From Octopus sinensis (Eukaryota), in contig NC_043021.1 in assembly GCF_006345805.1 (NCBI RefSeq), positions 22,010,001 to 22,074,000 on the forward strand: DNA of 64,000 bases. The letters run 5' to 3'. The position numbers were made by a program, and so were the translations under genes. Positions 1 through 12,294 of the stretch are shown in pieces (position 1 is the first letter of the stretch; each line of letters opens with the position of its first letter). Below the pieces are notes generated by a model. The model was given only the letters and a program-made list of their open reading frames with translations, made no database searches and was not told where the DNA came from.

Positions 1-2
1 CA

Positions 3-1130
3 CTAGGAGCTAGTATAAGAGTTACCCTAAAAGGCCACACATTTAAATTTAATAATAAAATATATGCCCAGGACGAGGGGGCAGCCATCGGTGTTAGTAT
101 CGCTGGTGATGTGGCCAACCTCTTCATGGTATGGTGGGACAGAAGGCTTAAAGAATGCCTACAGCAGAAATCCATACTTGTAAACATGTACTCTCGCTAT
201 GTTGATGATATCAATATAGTAGTAAAGGCACCCCCACAAGAGAGTAATGTTGATATAGTAATAGAAACTAATACTATGGAGAGCATCCAGCAAATAGCTA
301 ACTCCATCCACCAGAGTATTAAGGTCACAATAGACTACCCCACTAAACACCCCAACCATAGACTACCAGTACTAGACATATATATATAAAAAGAATTAAT
401 CAGTTCTCAGGTTACAGCCATAAAGAAAGGATCAGAGTATACAAAGGAGCCATGAAGAAATTTGATAATATATTATGTAATGATAGGAATGGGATTTGCC
501 CACTCTATAGGAACAAGTCATGGAACACTATAGAAAGGACAAAAAAGAAAATAGGGAAGGCCAACTCTTGGTATGATAGCCATAAATACCAGAGTGTCAT
601 GTTCGTTGACACCACCCCTGGAGGTGAACTGGCGTACCGCTTTAGAAGGACCCTAGATAAACTTAAACTAAGAATTAAGGTTGTTGAAAAGCCAGGCAAC
701 CTATCAGATCTATAATTGGTAGAACCTATCCTTTTAGTAGAACTCTCTGTACGGATAACTATTGCACTGTATGTAGATTTAGCCCACAAACAAACTGTAA
801 AGCCAGAAGTGTGGTCTATAGTATAAGATGTATAGAGGGACGATGCAGTAACAAGACAGTAACATACGTAGGGGAAACAGCAAGAAGCATTGGAGAGCGG
901 GTGAATGAACTTTGGAGACAACTCAAGGAAGGTAAAAGCTCATCGATTCTGTACCAACACGCCGAACAAGAACACGGGGGATCAATCAATAACATAGAGA
1001 TTAAGATATTGTCCACACATAGAACAGATGCAACAATTAGACAAATTACAGAAGCTACACATATAATAGAAAATAAACCTAGCCTGAATAGAAAACTAGA
1101 ATGGAGCAATAGCACACACCACAACATATG
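3..1130 (+). mobile_element. Penelope-like retroelement (Neptune-like), disrupted RT + Zn-finger linker + C-terminal GIY-YIG endonuclease; 5' part outside window
   Basis: Frame from nt 3 reads FKFNNKIYAQDEGAAIGVSIAGDVANLFM...RYVDD...DYPTKHPNHRLPVLD (PLE-type RT). It resumes after a deletion near 389 with FSGYSHKERIRVYKGAMKKF. After a frameshift near 698 it reads RTYPFSRTLCTDNYCTVC...NCKARSVVYSIRC...YVGETARSIGERVNE (Cys cluster + GIY-YIG). Confidence 0.9.
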
Positions 1131-1262
1131 ACGATAGTGGATCCTGCAAACATAATAAATACACAGATAATTAAAGAAATAGAAATGAATAACTATATAT
1201 ATGTATGTGTGTGTATATATATATATATATGTATGTGTGTATGTATGTGTGTATGTGTGTGT

Positions 1263-1480
1263 ATATCATCATCATCATCATCGTCGTTTAACGTCCGTTC
1301 TCCATGCTAGCATGGGTTGGACGGTTCGACCGGGGTTCTGGGAAGCCAGAAGGCTGCACCAGGCTCCAGTCTAATTTGGCAATGTTTCTACAGCTGGATG
1401 CCCTTCCTAACGCCAACCACTCCGTGAGTGTAGTGGGTGCTTTTTACGTGCCACCTGCACAGTTTTACGTGCCACCTGCA
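1263..1480 (-). mobile_element. 5'-truncated RTE LINE 3'UTR copy with (GAT)n tail
   Basis: Reverse complement of 23140-23341, which is contiguous with an RTE ORF; shares the same variants (ttctgggaagcc, tctaatttggca). Confidence 0.8.
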
Positions 1481-1559
1481 TATATAAATTTTTATTTATT
1501 TTTTTTTTCGATTAGATTTATTATTATTATTACTAATATTGTTGTTATACATACATACA

Positions 1560-2040
1560 AGCATATGTAATGATAATATGGGTGGATGTAAAAACATGAA
1601 CAAAATAGAACAAAAGCAACAACAACAAAAACAAAATACAATTACAAGAATGTATATAACCAGAAGATTCAAATATTACAGGCATCCCCCCACCACACAC
1701 AATAAATAAACCTAGACGCACATAGAGATATAAGCATGCGCAAATGAAGACATACAATAGAAATACAAAATGACTGACGGTTAGTAAGGAGAGACACAAG
1801 TAAGTGAGAAGAAAACAAAGGACCACTGATGCGGTCACAGGAGTGTGACGAAAGAACTTTGGCCGAAATAAGATTAAGATTAATGTAAAAAATAAATATC
1901 ACTGAAGCAAAATAACACCAAATATATAGTGCGTGTGTTTTTATTGGCTAAACTGGCAATATGACCATTCCGAAATATAACAATATCTGTTTCAACACAC
2001 GACTTCACATAAAAAATCTTGCACAACAAATATTTAAACG
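1560..2040 (+). repeat. Putative Penelope 3'UTR/pLTR containing a hammerhead-like motif
   Basis: A-rich sequence downstream of the PLE ORF in the same orientation; near-identical to 48394-49031 and ends at the same base (aaatatttaaacg) before (TA)n. Confidence 0.6.
1820..1864 (+). ncRNA. Hammerhead-like motif, variant core CUGAUGCG
   Basis: GGACCA-CTGATGCG-GTCACA ggag TGTGAC-GAAA-GAAC-TT-TGGCC: perfect 6-bp stem II, quasi-palindromic stem III, bulged stem I. Confidence 0.5.
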
Positions 2041-2084
2041 TAATAATATATATATATATATATATATATCTATATACATGTGTA

Positions 2085-2470
2085 TATTCAAAGGGCAAGA
2101 CCACTAGGTAGTCGGCCGTATGCTAGAAATAGATCATCAACGATGAAACTACAAAGAATGTTCTCTAGAGGAAAATTCAGCGGACACCGGAACAATTAGG
2201 CGGGCAAGACAGATGAAAATTATATAAAAAAACAGAATTACTCACAGACCGGCGGTTTCGTCTATTAACAAATGAATTACTTATATAATCCAATTGTCCG
2301 TAGATTCATCAGTGCGATCGTTCTCCAGGTAATGTAATTTGTAAAACTAACCACCAGTTTTCCGTACAAAAACAGACACGTGTTTAGTTTTACCGATTAC
2401 ATTAGGGATAATTTCAAATGTCTTAGTTCTGGCGTGCTAAATTAACAATGGTTTTAAATTGATATTAATT
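2085..2470 (-). mobile_element. Solo Penelope-type terminal repeat carrying a hammerhead
   Basis: Non-coding segment bounded by (TA)n tracts and containing the ribozyme at 2242-2317; boundaries approximate. Confidence 0.45.
2242..2317 (-). ncRNA. Type I hammerhead ribozyme with long stem II
   Basis: Minus strand TCGCA-CTGATGA-ATCTAC..ACAA-T-TGGATTA tataag TAATTCA-T-TTGT..TAGAC-GAAA-CC gcc GG-TC-TGTGA: intact core, GUC triplet, 5-bp stem I; first stem II pair is an A-C mismatch. Confidence 0.75.
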
Positions 2471-2501
2471 AAATTAATATTAAATTTATCTCCCTCATTA
2501 T

Positions 2502-2542
<41 letters not shown>

Positions 2543-2887
2543 GTGTTTGTATATATATATATATATATATATATGTTTTGCATGTGTGTGGTCTGTATGT
2601 AAGTACCAATGTATTATGGTGTATGTGTGTGTGTGTGTGTCTGTATGTGTTAGTGTGAGTGTTGGTGTATGTGTGTTCGTGTGTGAGCAGCCCCCTATTT
2701 GGTAGCAAGGTTGTAAAGGTAAGCATCTTGTTTTGTTCCATCATCCATTAAAACTTAAGAAAGTCTTGCAGATTTTTATTGTCCCAGATATCATGATTGT
2801 TTGTAGTATATGAACTAATGAGTTACATTCTGTCGTTAACAACCCAAATTCAACCATACTTTATATTTCAGGCAGGTTGCATCAATG

Positions 2888-2919
<32 letters not shown>

Positions 2920-2934
2920 TATAATAATAATAAT

Positions 2935-3930
2935 CCTTTCTATAATAGGCACAGGGCCTGAAATTTTTTTATGGGTGGTCGACAGTCGGTTACATCAACC
3001 CAAGTACTCAACTGGTACTTAATTTGTCGACCCCCCCCCCAAAAGGATGGAAGGTAAAGTCAACCTTGGCACAATTTGAACCCAGAACATAGCGATGGAT
3101 GAAATACCTGTTTCTTTACTACCAACAAGGGGATAAACACAGAGAGGACAAACAAGGACAGACAAACGGATTAAGTCAATTATATCGACCCCAGTACTGG
3201 CACTTATTTAATTGACCCCGAAAGGTTGAAAGTTGACCTTGGCGGAATTTGAACTCAGAATGTAGTGGCAGGTGAAATACCACTAAGCTTTATGCCCAGC
3301 TTGCTAAAAATTCTGCCAGCTCACAACCTTGATAATAATAATAATAATCTTTTCTACTGAAGTCACAAGGCCTGAAATTTGGAGGAATGGATTAAGTTGA
3401 TTACATCGACCCCAGTGTGTCACTGGTACTTATTTAAGTGACCCCGAAAGGATGAAAGGCAAATTCAACCTAGGCAGAATTTGAACTCAGAATGTAGCGG
3501 CAGTTGAAATACCTGTTTCTTTACTACCCACAAGGGGCTAAACACAGAGAGGACAAACAAGGACAGACAAATGGGTTAAGTCGATTATATCGACCTCAGT
3601 GCGTAACTGGTACTTACTTAATCGACCCCGAAAGAATGAAAGGCAAAGTCGACCTCGGCGGAATTTGAACTCAGAACGTAACAGCTGACCAAATACCTAT
3701 TTCTTTACTACCCACAAGGGGCTAAACACAGAGAGGACAAACAAGGACAGACAAATGGGTTAAGTCGATTATATCGACCTCAGTGTGTAACTGGTACTTA
3801 TTTAATTGACCCCGAAAGGATGAAAGGCAAATTCAACCTAGGCAGAATTTGAACTCAGAACGTAGTGGCAGACGAAATACCGCTAAGCACTTCTCCTGGC
3901 ATTCTAACAATTCTGCCAGCCCACCATCTG
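2935..3930 (-). mobile_element. Tandem multimer (about 5 units) of SINE family S2
   Basis: Repeated ...gaccccgaaaggatgaaaggcaaagtcgacctcggcggaatttgaactcagaacg... modules joined head to tail; same family at 17.1, 42.8, 46.3 and 55.8 kb. Confidence 0.75.
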
Positions 3931-3942
3931 AATAATAATAGA

Positions 3943-4283
3943 AACTGGAGCACTCAGAGAAGACAAACATCTGCCAAGGCAACACCAACATCCTCTCAAT
4001 GATTAACAATGATTAACTACTCTCACAAATGAGAATACTGAAAATGAACCTGACTGCTCCCAAAAATTAAGTACAAAAACAGGAAAAATAATCCAGAATC
4101 CTTGTTTGGTACCGGAACGATCCCAAAATCTAGTCAGTTCATGCCAGTCACGAGGCCAAACATCCCTGAAAGTTTCATCCGAATCCATCTTGCGGTTCTT
4201 GAGAAATCTTGTCCATGGACAAACAAACAAACAAATATGACTGAAAACAATACCTCTGCCTTTGCTAAGGTGGAGGTAATTAT
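3943..4283 (+). mobile_element. Non-autonomous Helentron/pearl-like element
   Basis: 5' subterminal motif catctgccaagg, internal (CAAA)n, 3' hairpin acctctgcctt-tgct-aaggtggaggt followed by an AT-rich end. Confidence 0.5.
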
Positions 4284-4379
4284 AATAATTGCTGTGAACA
4301 CTGCGAGTGTATCTTGGGCCCTGGGTTTGCAAGCTCCTCAGAAGGGATCCATACGTGTCCCTTTCCACTTGTATTTTAG

Positions 4380-5640
4380 TTATGCATGTATGTGTGTATA
4401 TAGGCATGTAATGTAGGTATTTATCTATATAGGTAGAAGTGTATGGTTGTATGTATGTATGTTTGTGTGTATGTACATGTATGTAGGTGTGTATCTGTAT
4501 ATGTAGAATATATAGGAATCTATGGTTGTATATACATATGTGTGTGTATGTTCATTCATTTAGGTATGTATGTGTGTATGTATGTGTATATATGTAGACA
4601 GGTGTGTATGAATAGGTGTATTTAGCTATGTATGTTTGTGTATATATGTAGGTAGGTGTGTATAAATAGGTGTATGGAGTTATATATGTAAGTTTGTATT
4701 TATATAAGTAGATATATATGATTGTATGTAGCTAAGTATGTGCATATATATGTATATATATATGTAGGAATGTGTGTATAAATAGGTGGGTTTGTATGTA
4801 TATATAAGTATGTGTGTACATATCTTTGTGTGTGTGTGTGTGTATTTCCTTTTTCCGTTGAGATTTATTTCAGTTCTTCAGAGAATCGAAGCCAGTCTCT
4901 AACAAAGTGCTGAGGCGATTTTATTTGATACAAGACAGTTCCAGAGATTCCTGTATATCAGTTTGTGTGTGCATACATACGTGTATATGTGTATGTTTTG
5001 AGTATATGTAGATATATGTGTGTGTGTATGTATGTGTACGTGCATATATATATATTTACTTATTCATAGGTATATGTGTATAGCTGTGCGTCTATATATA
5101 TATGTGTGTGCCTGTGTGTTTATTCACTGGTATCTGTGTCTGTGTATATATATGTATATATATGTGTGTGTGTGTTGTTCATTGGTACCTGTGTCTATGT
5201 ATCTATATGTATATATATGTGTGTGTGTGTGTGTGTTTATTTGTTCCTTGGTATCTGTGTCTATGTATGTATATGTATATATGTGTGTGTGTGTGATTTT
5301 ATTTGTTCATTGGTATATGTATATGTGTGTGTATTTGCATATATATATATATGTGTGTGTGTGTGTTTATTTGTTCCTTGGTATCTGTGTCTATGTATGT
5401 ATATGTATATATATGTGTGTGTGTGTATGTATTTGTTCATTTGTGTATGTATGAATGTCTATGCACCTTCATACTTCTACATATATATATATACATATGT
5501 TTATACGTGAGTACATATATATGGTGTATAGGTGTATTTCTATATGTATATATACATATATGTGTATATATTTATACTTGTTCGTATGTACGTGAATATA
5601 TATGTGTGTGGTTACATATTAGTATGTGCACGGATATTGG
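4380..5640. repeat. Compound (TA)/(TG) microsatellite and about 60-bp degenerate minisatellite
   Basis: Low-complexity TA/TG with recurrent ttgttccttggtatctgtgtctatgt units. Confidence 0.85.
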
Positions 5641-6249
5641 TTTATATCATGACTATTTAACACCTGCTCTAATCAGTGCCTAATTAAGGGTCAGGTATAT
5701 TTGACCCTGGAGGGGAATTTCATTCATGACAATATAGGTCCAGGTGTTTGGACACAATAAAATCCTTTAACAGTCAAGGTATACCTTGAAGCAAATTTCA
5801 TGCATACACAGGTAGATACACACATATACATGCATACACACACACACACTCAGTGACGTAAACACACATACATACATATTTATAGATATGCACTCACATA
5901 CGAAGCCTTATATATACTCATGCTTACATGCATAGAAAGACCTGTTGGTATTCAGCGTGGCACACATGAACACACACACACTTACACACATGTAGGTATA
6001 AACACACATACATACACACTGATACATACATACTTATACAGACACACACACTAATGTAGGCACACGTTACATTAACACTTATATAGTACTCCTCCTCACC
6101 CAACTATATGCACCACACACACACACACATGAACAGATGCAAATACAAAGAACATAGTTTGCAGATACATACACTACCACACAGACATGTACAATTATAC
6201 TCACAGTTACTATAAAATATATATGTGTGTGTGTAACGAATGCAAATGA

Positions 6250-6305
<56 letters not shown>

Positions 6306-6575
6306 ATATACAAAAAAGGGTGAAATATATTAATTTAATAAAATTAATAAATTTCACCTAGTAGATTTTTCGGTATGGAAAAGACCATATTTGGTAAGAA
6401 TTATATTAATTATGATAAAGGGTTAATTGCAACAAGTTGCTCAAAACCATTAGTTTTATTAGTAGGAGAAATAGTGATCTATTTGGCTGCTATTTCTAAT
6501 ATTTTCGGTATGTGGTTTTGAGTAACTTGTTGCATTTAACCCTTTATTATAATTAATATATATATATATATATAT

Positions 6576-6849
6576 AGGCACAGGAGTGGCTGTGTGGTAA
6601 GTAGCTTGTTTACCAACCACATAGTTCCGGATTCAGTCCCACTGCATGGCACCTTAAGCAAGTGTCTTCTACTATAGCCTCCGGGCCGACCAAAGCCTTG
6701 TGAGTGGATTTGGTTGACGGAAACTGGAAGAAGCCCATCGTATATATGCTCTTTTACTCTTTTACTTGTTTCAGTCATTTGACAGTGACCATGCTGGAGC
6801 ACTGCCTTTAGTTGAGCAAATCAACCTCAAGACTTTTTCTTTGTAAGCC
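6576..6849 (+). mobile_element. SINE family S1 (tRNA head + CORE-like, OR1/OR2-like) 5' half followed by an inverted 3' fragment
   Basis: ggagtggctgtgtggtaag (A box), ggattcagtcc (B box-like), ttaagcaagtgtcttc; family naming from recollection. Confidence 0.75.
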
Positions 6850-6949
6850 NNNNNNNNNNNNNNNNNNNNNNNNNNNNNNNNNNNNNNNNNNNNNNNNNNN
6901 NNNNNNNNNNNNNNNNNNNNNNNNNNNNNNNNNNNNNNNNNNNNNNNNN
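6850..6949. other. Assembly gap (100 N)
   Basis: Run of N. Confidence 1.
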
Positions 6950-7511
6950 GTAGTATCTACAAATTTCTAATTAGCACACAATAGATATGTTTTGCTTGCT
7001 TTATTTGCTTATGTACTTATTATTTTATATATTTAACATTATTCTAAAATGTGTGCGGACAACTGGTTTCCACTACATGTGCACATATTCAATGGTTGTG
7101 TATATATGTCTGTGTGTAGTATACATACATACATACATATATAAGATAATATATATATAATATATTTTTTTTTTATATATATATATATTTGATTTTTATT
7201 TTTTTTTTTTTTATTATTTTTTTATTTTTTTATTTATTCTTCTATCTAATTTAACACTGACTCCTTGACCACTCCCCCAAGTATGATATTTGCGCTATGC
7301 CTACCCCCAAAAAGTCCCCACCAACACCCCTTTAAACCTGCCTAAATGTATAAATGCCAATACAATTCTTGTTAACTAGCTTCCTGAAGATTTCTCTTGA
7401 TGAAAACAGTTCTAGTTGTAGAAGCTCCTTCTATATAATAATTAATTTTACTCTGCTATGTATTGAGTACCTTATTTACTGTGGTTAACCCCGAATCAAC
7501 CGGGACCTACA

Positions 7512-7543
<32 letters not shown>

Positions 7544-7594
7544 ACTATATATAGACACATGTTTATGTATATATAATATAGACACATATTTATG

Positions 7595-7642
<48 letters not shown>

Positions 7643-8822
7643 ATATATTCTATATCTATGTATGTGTATATACATATATATATGTTTTCCTGTGTGTATG
7701 GATGTGCATATGTATCTATATATATATATATATGTGTATGTATGTATACGTATGTGTATATATATGTGTTACGTTTGTGTGTATATATATTTATATATAT
7801 ATATATATGTATACATATATATGTATATATTTATGCATATATATATATATATGTATATTCGTATATATATATTTATATGTATATATGCATGTTTGTATGT
7901 ATATATATATATATATGTATGTATGTATCAAAATAAGCACCAAGGTTATCCAGAAGATATCCTTGTTGCTTATTTTGATTTTAATCACCTTACTTTGAAA
8001 TTGTATAGATAATAACGTACTAAATTCTGGTGCCTCAACTTAAGTACCATATTCAGCTGAATCTATATATATATTAATATCTCTATATATCTCTCTCTCT
8101 CTATATATATATGTATCTATATTTATGTATATATATATATCTATATTTATGTATATATGTATATATATATATATGTATGTATATTATATATATGTATATA
8201 ACTATGTATGTATGTCTGTATATATATATATGTATAATATATGTATGTATATACACCCATATATGTGTGTGTATGTATATGTGTACAATAATGTGCATAT
8301 TCATGTATGTGCACTTATATAGCTACACCTATGCACTTCTGAAGATGAGTTCACTGGTATATGTGTGTGTGTGTGTTTACAAGTCTGCATACGCACGTGC
8401 GCATACATGTGTGTGTGTCTGCGTAAAGATTTGTGCTTGTGAATGCATAATTAATAGATGGCAGAGTGAAGATAACCACAAGTCTTGGAATCCATTAGTT
8501 GTTAATCTCCTCGGAGGCTGCCCACTCACTAACTCTGTCTCTTAAATCTTTTCTCTCCGTCAACAAATGCATATACATCATTTCGATTGTATATGTTTAA
8601 CATATGCATGTGTCTGTGTGTATATACACAAACACACACTCACATACGCACACATATATATATATATATATACATATATGTATATATATATATATGTACA
8701 TGTGTGTCATTGATAAGTTTAAAAATTAAAACATACATCAATTTTCTGACCTCAGTCTATCAGAAGCCACATTGTTGTCTTTATATAACATATCCCCACA
8801 GAAGCAAACACTCATTATATAA

Positions 8823-8852
<30 letters not shown>

Positions 8853-8853
<1 letters not shown>

Positions 8854-9124
8854 CATCGTCGTCATCATCATCATCGTTTAACGTCCGTTTTCCATGCTAG
8901 CATGGGCTGGACGGTTCAACTGGGGTCTGGGAAGCCAAAAGGCTGCGCCAGGCCCAGTCTGATCTGGCAGTGTTTCTACAGCTGGATGCCCTTCCAACCA
9001 CTCCGAGAGTGTAGTGGGTGCTTTTTATGTGCCTCCTGCACAGGTGCCAGATGAGGCTGGCAAACGGCCACGATCGGATGGTGCTTTTTACGTGCCACCA
9101 GCGCGGGGGCCAGACGAGGCTGGC

Positions 9125-9157
<33 letters not shown>

Positions 9158-9640
9158 TGTTTACATATATCTGTGTGTGTGTGTAAATATGTGTATGTAT
9201 ACATATGTATTTATCATCATCATCATCATCGTTTAATGTCCGTTTTCTGTGCTAGCATGGGTTGGACGGTTTTGACTGAGGGCTGGCAACTAGATGGCTG
9301 CAGTCTCCAGGTTCCAGTCTTGATCTGAGAGAGTTTCTACAGCTGGATGCCGTTCCTAACGCCAACCACTCCGAGAGTGTAGTGGGTGCTTATATATATG
9401 TATGTGTGTGTGTATGTGTATCATCATCATTTAACGTCCGTTTTTCTATGCTGGCATAGATGGTTTGACTGAAAACTGGTATTCTGAGGGACCTGCACCA
9501 GTTTCCAGTCTGTGATTTGACAAGGTTTCTACAGCTGGACACCCTTCCTAATGCCAAACACTCTAAGAGCATAGTGGGTGCTTCTTACGGTCCACCAGCA
9601 CAGGGGCCAGTTATATGATACCACCATCATCGACAACTAT
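8853..9640 (-). mobile_element. Three adjacent truncated RTE 3'UTR copies
   Basis: Each starts with (cat)n cgtttaacgtccgtttt and contains gctggatgcc..cttcc..gtgtagtgggtgct. Confidence 0.8.
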
Positions 9641-9707
9641 GATCTCACTTTGATAGGTCTTCTGCAGCACACTATATGTATATATGTATATATGTCTCTT
9701 TCTTTCT

Positions 9708-10095
9708 CTCTTTTACTTGTTTCAGTCATTTGACTGTGGCCATGCTGGAGCACCGCCTTTAGTCGAGCAAATCGACCCCGGGACTTATTCTTTGTAAGCC
9801 CAGTACTTATTCTATCGGTCTCTTTTGCCGAACCGCTAAGTGACGGGGATGTAAACATACCAGCATCGGTTGTCAAGCAATGCTAGGGGGACAAACACAG
9901 ACACACAAACACACACATACATATACATATATGCGACAGGCTTCTTTCAGTTTCCGTCTACCAAATCCACTCACAGAGCATTGGTCGGCCCGGGGCTATA
10001 GCAGAAGACACTTGCCCAAGATGCCACCCAGTGGGACTGAACCCGGAACCATGTGGTTGGTTAGCAAGCTACTTACCACACAGCCACTCCTGCGT
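9708..10095 (-). mobile_element. SINE S1 full-length
   Basis: Reverse complement of the S1 consensus from tail ttttacttgtttcagtc to head cagccactcctgcg. Confidence 0.85.
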
Positions 10096-10159
10096 TTTTT
10101 TAATTATTTTTATGCGCCCTTTTCAAACCTTGCCAGGCTCATGGGCCTGGTTTCTCGGT

Positions 10160-10403
10160 TTCTATGGCGTATGTGTTCCTCCTAGCTGGACAGGACACCA
10201 GTCCATCACAGTGTTACTCAAGAAACAGGAAGAAAGACTGAAAGTTGGGGCAAAAGAGTACAACAGGGGTCGCCTCCACCCGCTGCCGGATCCTCATGGA
10301 GCTTTAGATGTTTTCACTCAATAAACACACACAACACCCAGTCTGGGAATCAAAACTGTGATCCTCCGACCGCGAGTTCGCTGCCCTGGTCCATTGCGCC
10401 TCC
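10160..10403 (-). mobile_element. tRNA-derived SINE family S3 variant
   Basis: Ends in ccattgcgcctcc; gtctgggaatc B-box region; head shared with 57817-58198. Confidence 0.65.
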
Positions 10404-10499
10404 GCATATATGTATGTATACATATGTATATTTGTATGCATATATAGACATATGCACATGTGTGCACACAAATACTCATATACTTAGGTGCTTTTGATG

Positions 10500-11140
10500 T
10501 AAATAAATGAAAGAAAGAAGAAATGAAATGAAAGAATGAAAAAGAAAGAAAGAAAGAAAAAGAAAGAAAGAAAGAAAGAAGAAAGACAGAATGAAGAACG
10601 AGAAAGCAGATAGAAGAGAAAGAAAGAAAGAAGAAAGAAAGAAAGAAAGACAGATGAAGAAAGAAAAGAAAGACAAAGAATGAAAGAAAGAAATGGAAAG
10701 AAAGACAGATAGGAAGAAAGAAAGAAGATAGGAAACGAAAGAAAGAAAGAATGAAAGAAAGACAACAGATAGAAGAAAGAAAGAAGATAAGAAAAGAAAA
10801 AAGAATGAAAGATAAGAAGATAAGAAAAGAAAAGACATAGGAAGAAAGAAAGAATGAAAGAAAGAAATGAAGAAAGAAAGAACAAATGAAAGAAAGAAAG
10901 GAAGAATGAAAGAAAGAAATGAAGAAAGAAAGTGAAGACACAATGGAGCAAGAAGGGAAATCAAGAAAAATCTTCGTTCCCAGAATATGAGAGAGGGAGA
11001 AAGGGAGAGGGGTGAAGAGATGAAAGGAAATAGAGAGAGTAGCAGGATAGGAAAAGAAGAAATGGGAGTGGAGAATGTAGAGTAAAGAGAGAGAAAGAGG
11101 GAGAGAGAGAGAGAGAGGAAAAGAGAGAGAGAGAGAGAAA
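10500..11140. repeat. (GAAA)n / (GA)n purine-rich simple repeat
   Basis: Direct inspection. Confidence 0.9.
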
Positions 11141-11244
11141 GCTGTGTAGTTTTTCTCTGTGAATCTCATACATATTCAAAAGGCAAATTTGTTGAGATTG
11201 AAATTGTGTGTGGTTGTTTGTATCAGATACACATCATTATTACC

Positions 11245-11845
11245 CCCCACCCCCTACCACCACTGCCCCACCCCCATCACCACTTCCACCACCCCATCAC
11301 CACTGCCATCACTACCAGCACCACCAGCACCACCACTGCCACCACCACTACCACCACCACCACCGCCACCACCACCACTGCCACCACCAGCACCACCACT
11401 GCCGCCGCCACTACCACCACCGCCACCACTACCACAACCACCACTGCCAAAACCAGCATCACCAGCACCACCACTGCCACCACCACTACCACCACCACCA
11501 CCGCCACCGCCACCACCACCACTGCCACCACCAGCACCACCACTGCCACCGCCACTACCACCACTGCCACCACCACCACTGCCACCACTACCACCACCAC
11601 CAGCACCACCAGCACCACCACTGCCACCACCACTACCACCACCACCACCGCCACCGCCACCACCACCACTGCCACCACCAGCACCACCACTGCCACCGCC
11701 ACTACCACCACCGCCACCACTACCACAACCACCACTGCCACCACCACTACCACTGCTGCCATCGCACCATCACCTCTACTACTACCGCTGCCACACAGAT
11801 GCTGCTTCCACTACCACTGGCTTTCGAGCTACCATCACAACCACT
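11245..11845. repeat. (ACC/ACT/GCC)n cryptic trinucleotide repeat
   Basis: Direct inspection; the Pro/Thr/His ORFs are frame artefacts. Confidence 0.9.
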
Positions 11846-12002
11846 ATTAATTCCAAGAGATTAAGAGGCACAGAGAGAGAGAGAGAGAGAGAGAGAGGAA
11901 GAAGGGAGGGATGTGAGATTGTTAGTTTAATAAGTTAGTTTAATTAAGAATATGGCTATGGGGAAAATAGCTGAAGGGAACATTCTGCATACTAAACAGC
12001 AG

Positions 12003-12091
12003 GTTCTTGTATACATGTGCGATAGAGCAAGTTGAAAAACTTTATCCAACTGAGATCATGCAAGCAATTAGTGGACACAACCTTCCTCAAG
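12003..12091 (+). CDS. Candidate internal coding exon A of an unidentified host gene: (R)FLYTCAIEQVEKLYPTEIMQAISGHNLPQ
   Basis: NAGNAG acceptor aaacagcag|, strong donor AAG|gtgagt, only one open frame (phase 2 to phase 1), unique non-repeat sequence. Confidence 0.55.
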
Positions 12092-12294
12092 GTGAGTTTA
12101 AAATCTGATAAAAATTAAAGAAGTGACAGAGCTAATTCCAATGTGATCGTTTGATTGAAATGTCTGGGGAAAAATCTGGTCTTGAACTCAACTGGACACG
12201 TACGTGTTTCAAGTGTTATTTTTAACTGCTCAGTGGAGCAGAGTTTACTCATCTGATATGATTAAAAGTCATGTTCTGTGCTTGAGGTGACCTA

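Noticed and set aside
3-1130. Selenoprotein-encoding (Naiad-type) Penelope
   Set aside because: The endonuclease is C-terminal, and the ORF breaks are a deletion and a frameshift, not in-frame TGA.
4874-4952. Possible + strand exon FFRESKPVSNKVLRRFYLIQDSSRDS
   Set aside because: The acceptor is plausible but there is no convincing donor and the phase does not match exon A.
7374-7416. CCTGAAGAT..GATGAAAACAGTT hammerhead-like text
   Set aside because: Stem II is degenerate and stem I does not pair adjacent to the core; at best an unrecognisable relic.
11159-11938. 259-aa proline-rich ORF resembling formin FH1 or extensin
   Set aside because: All frames and both strands are open because it is an (ACC)n-type repeat; no flanking domain or splice signals.
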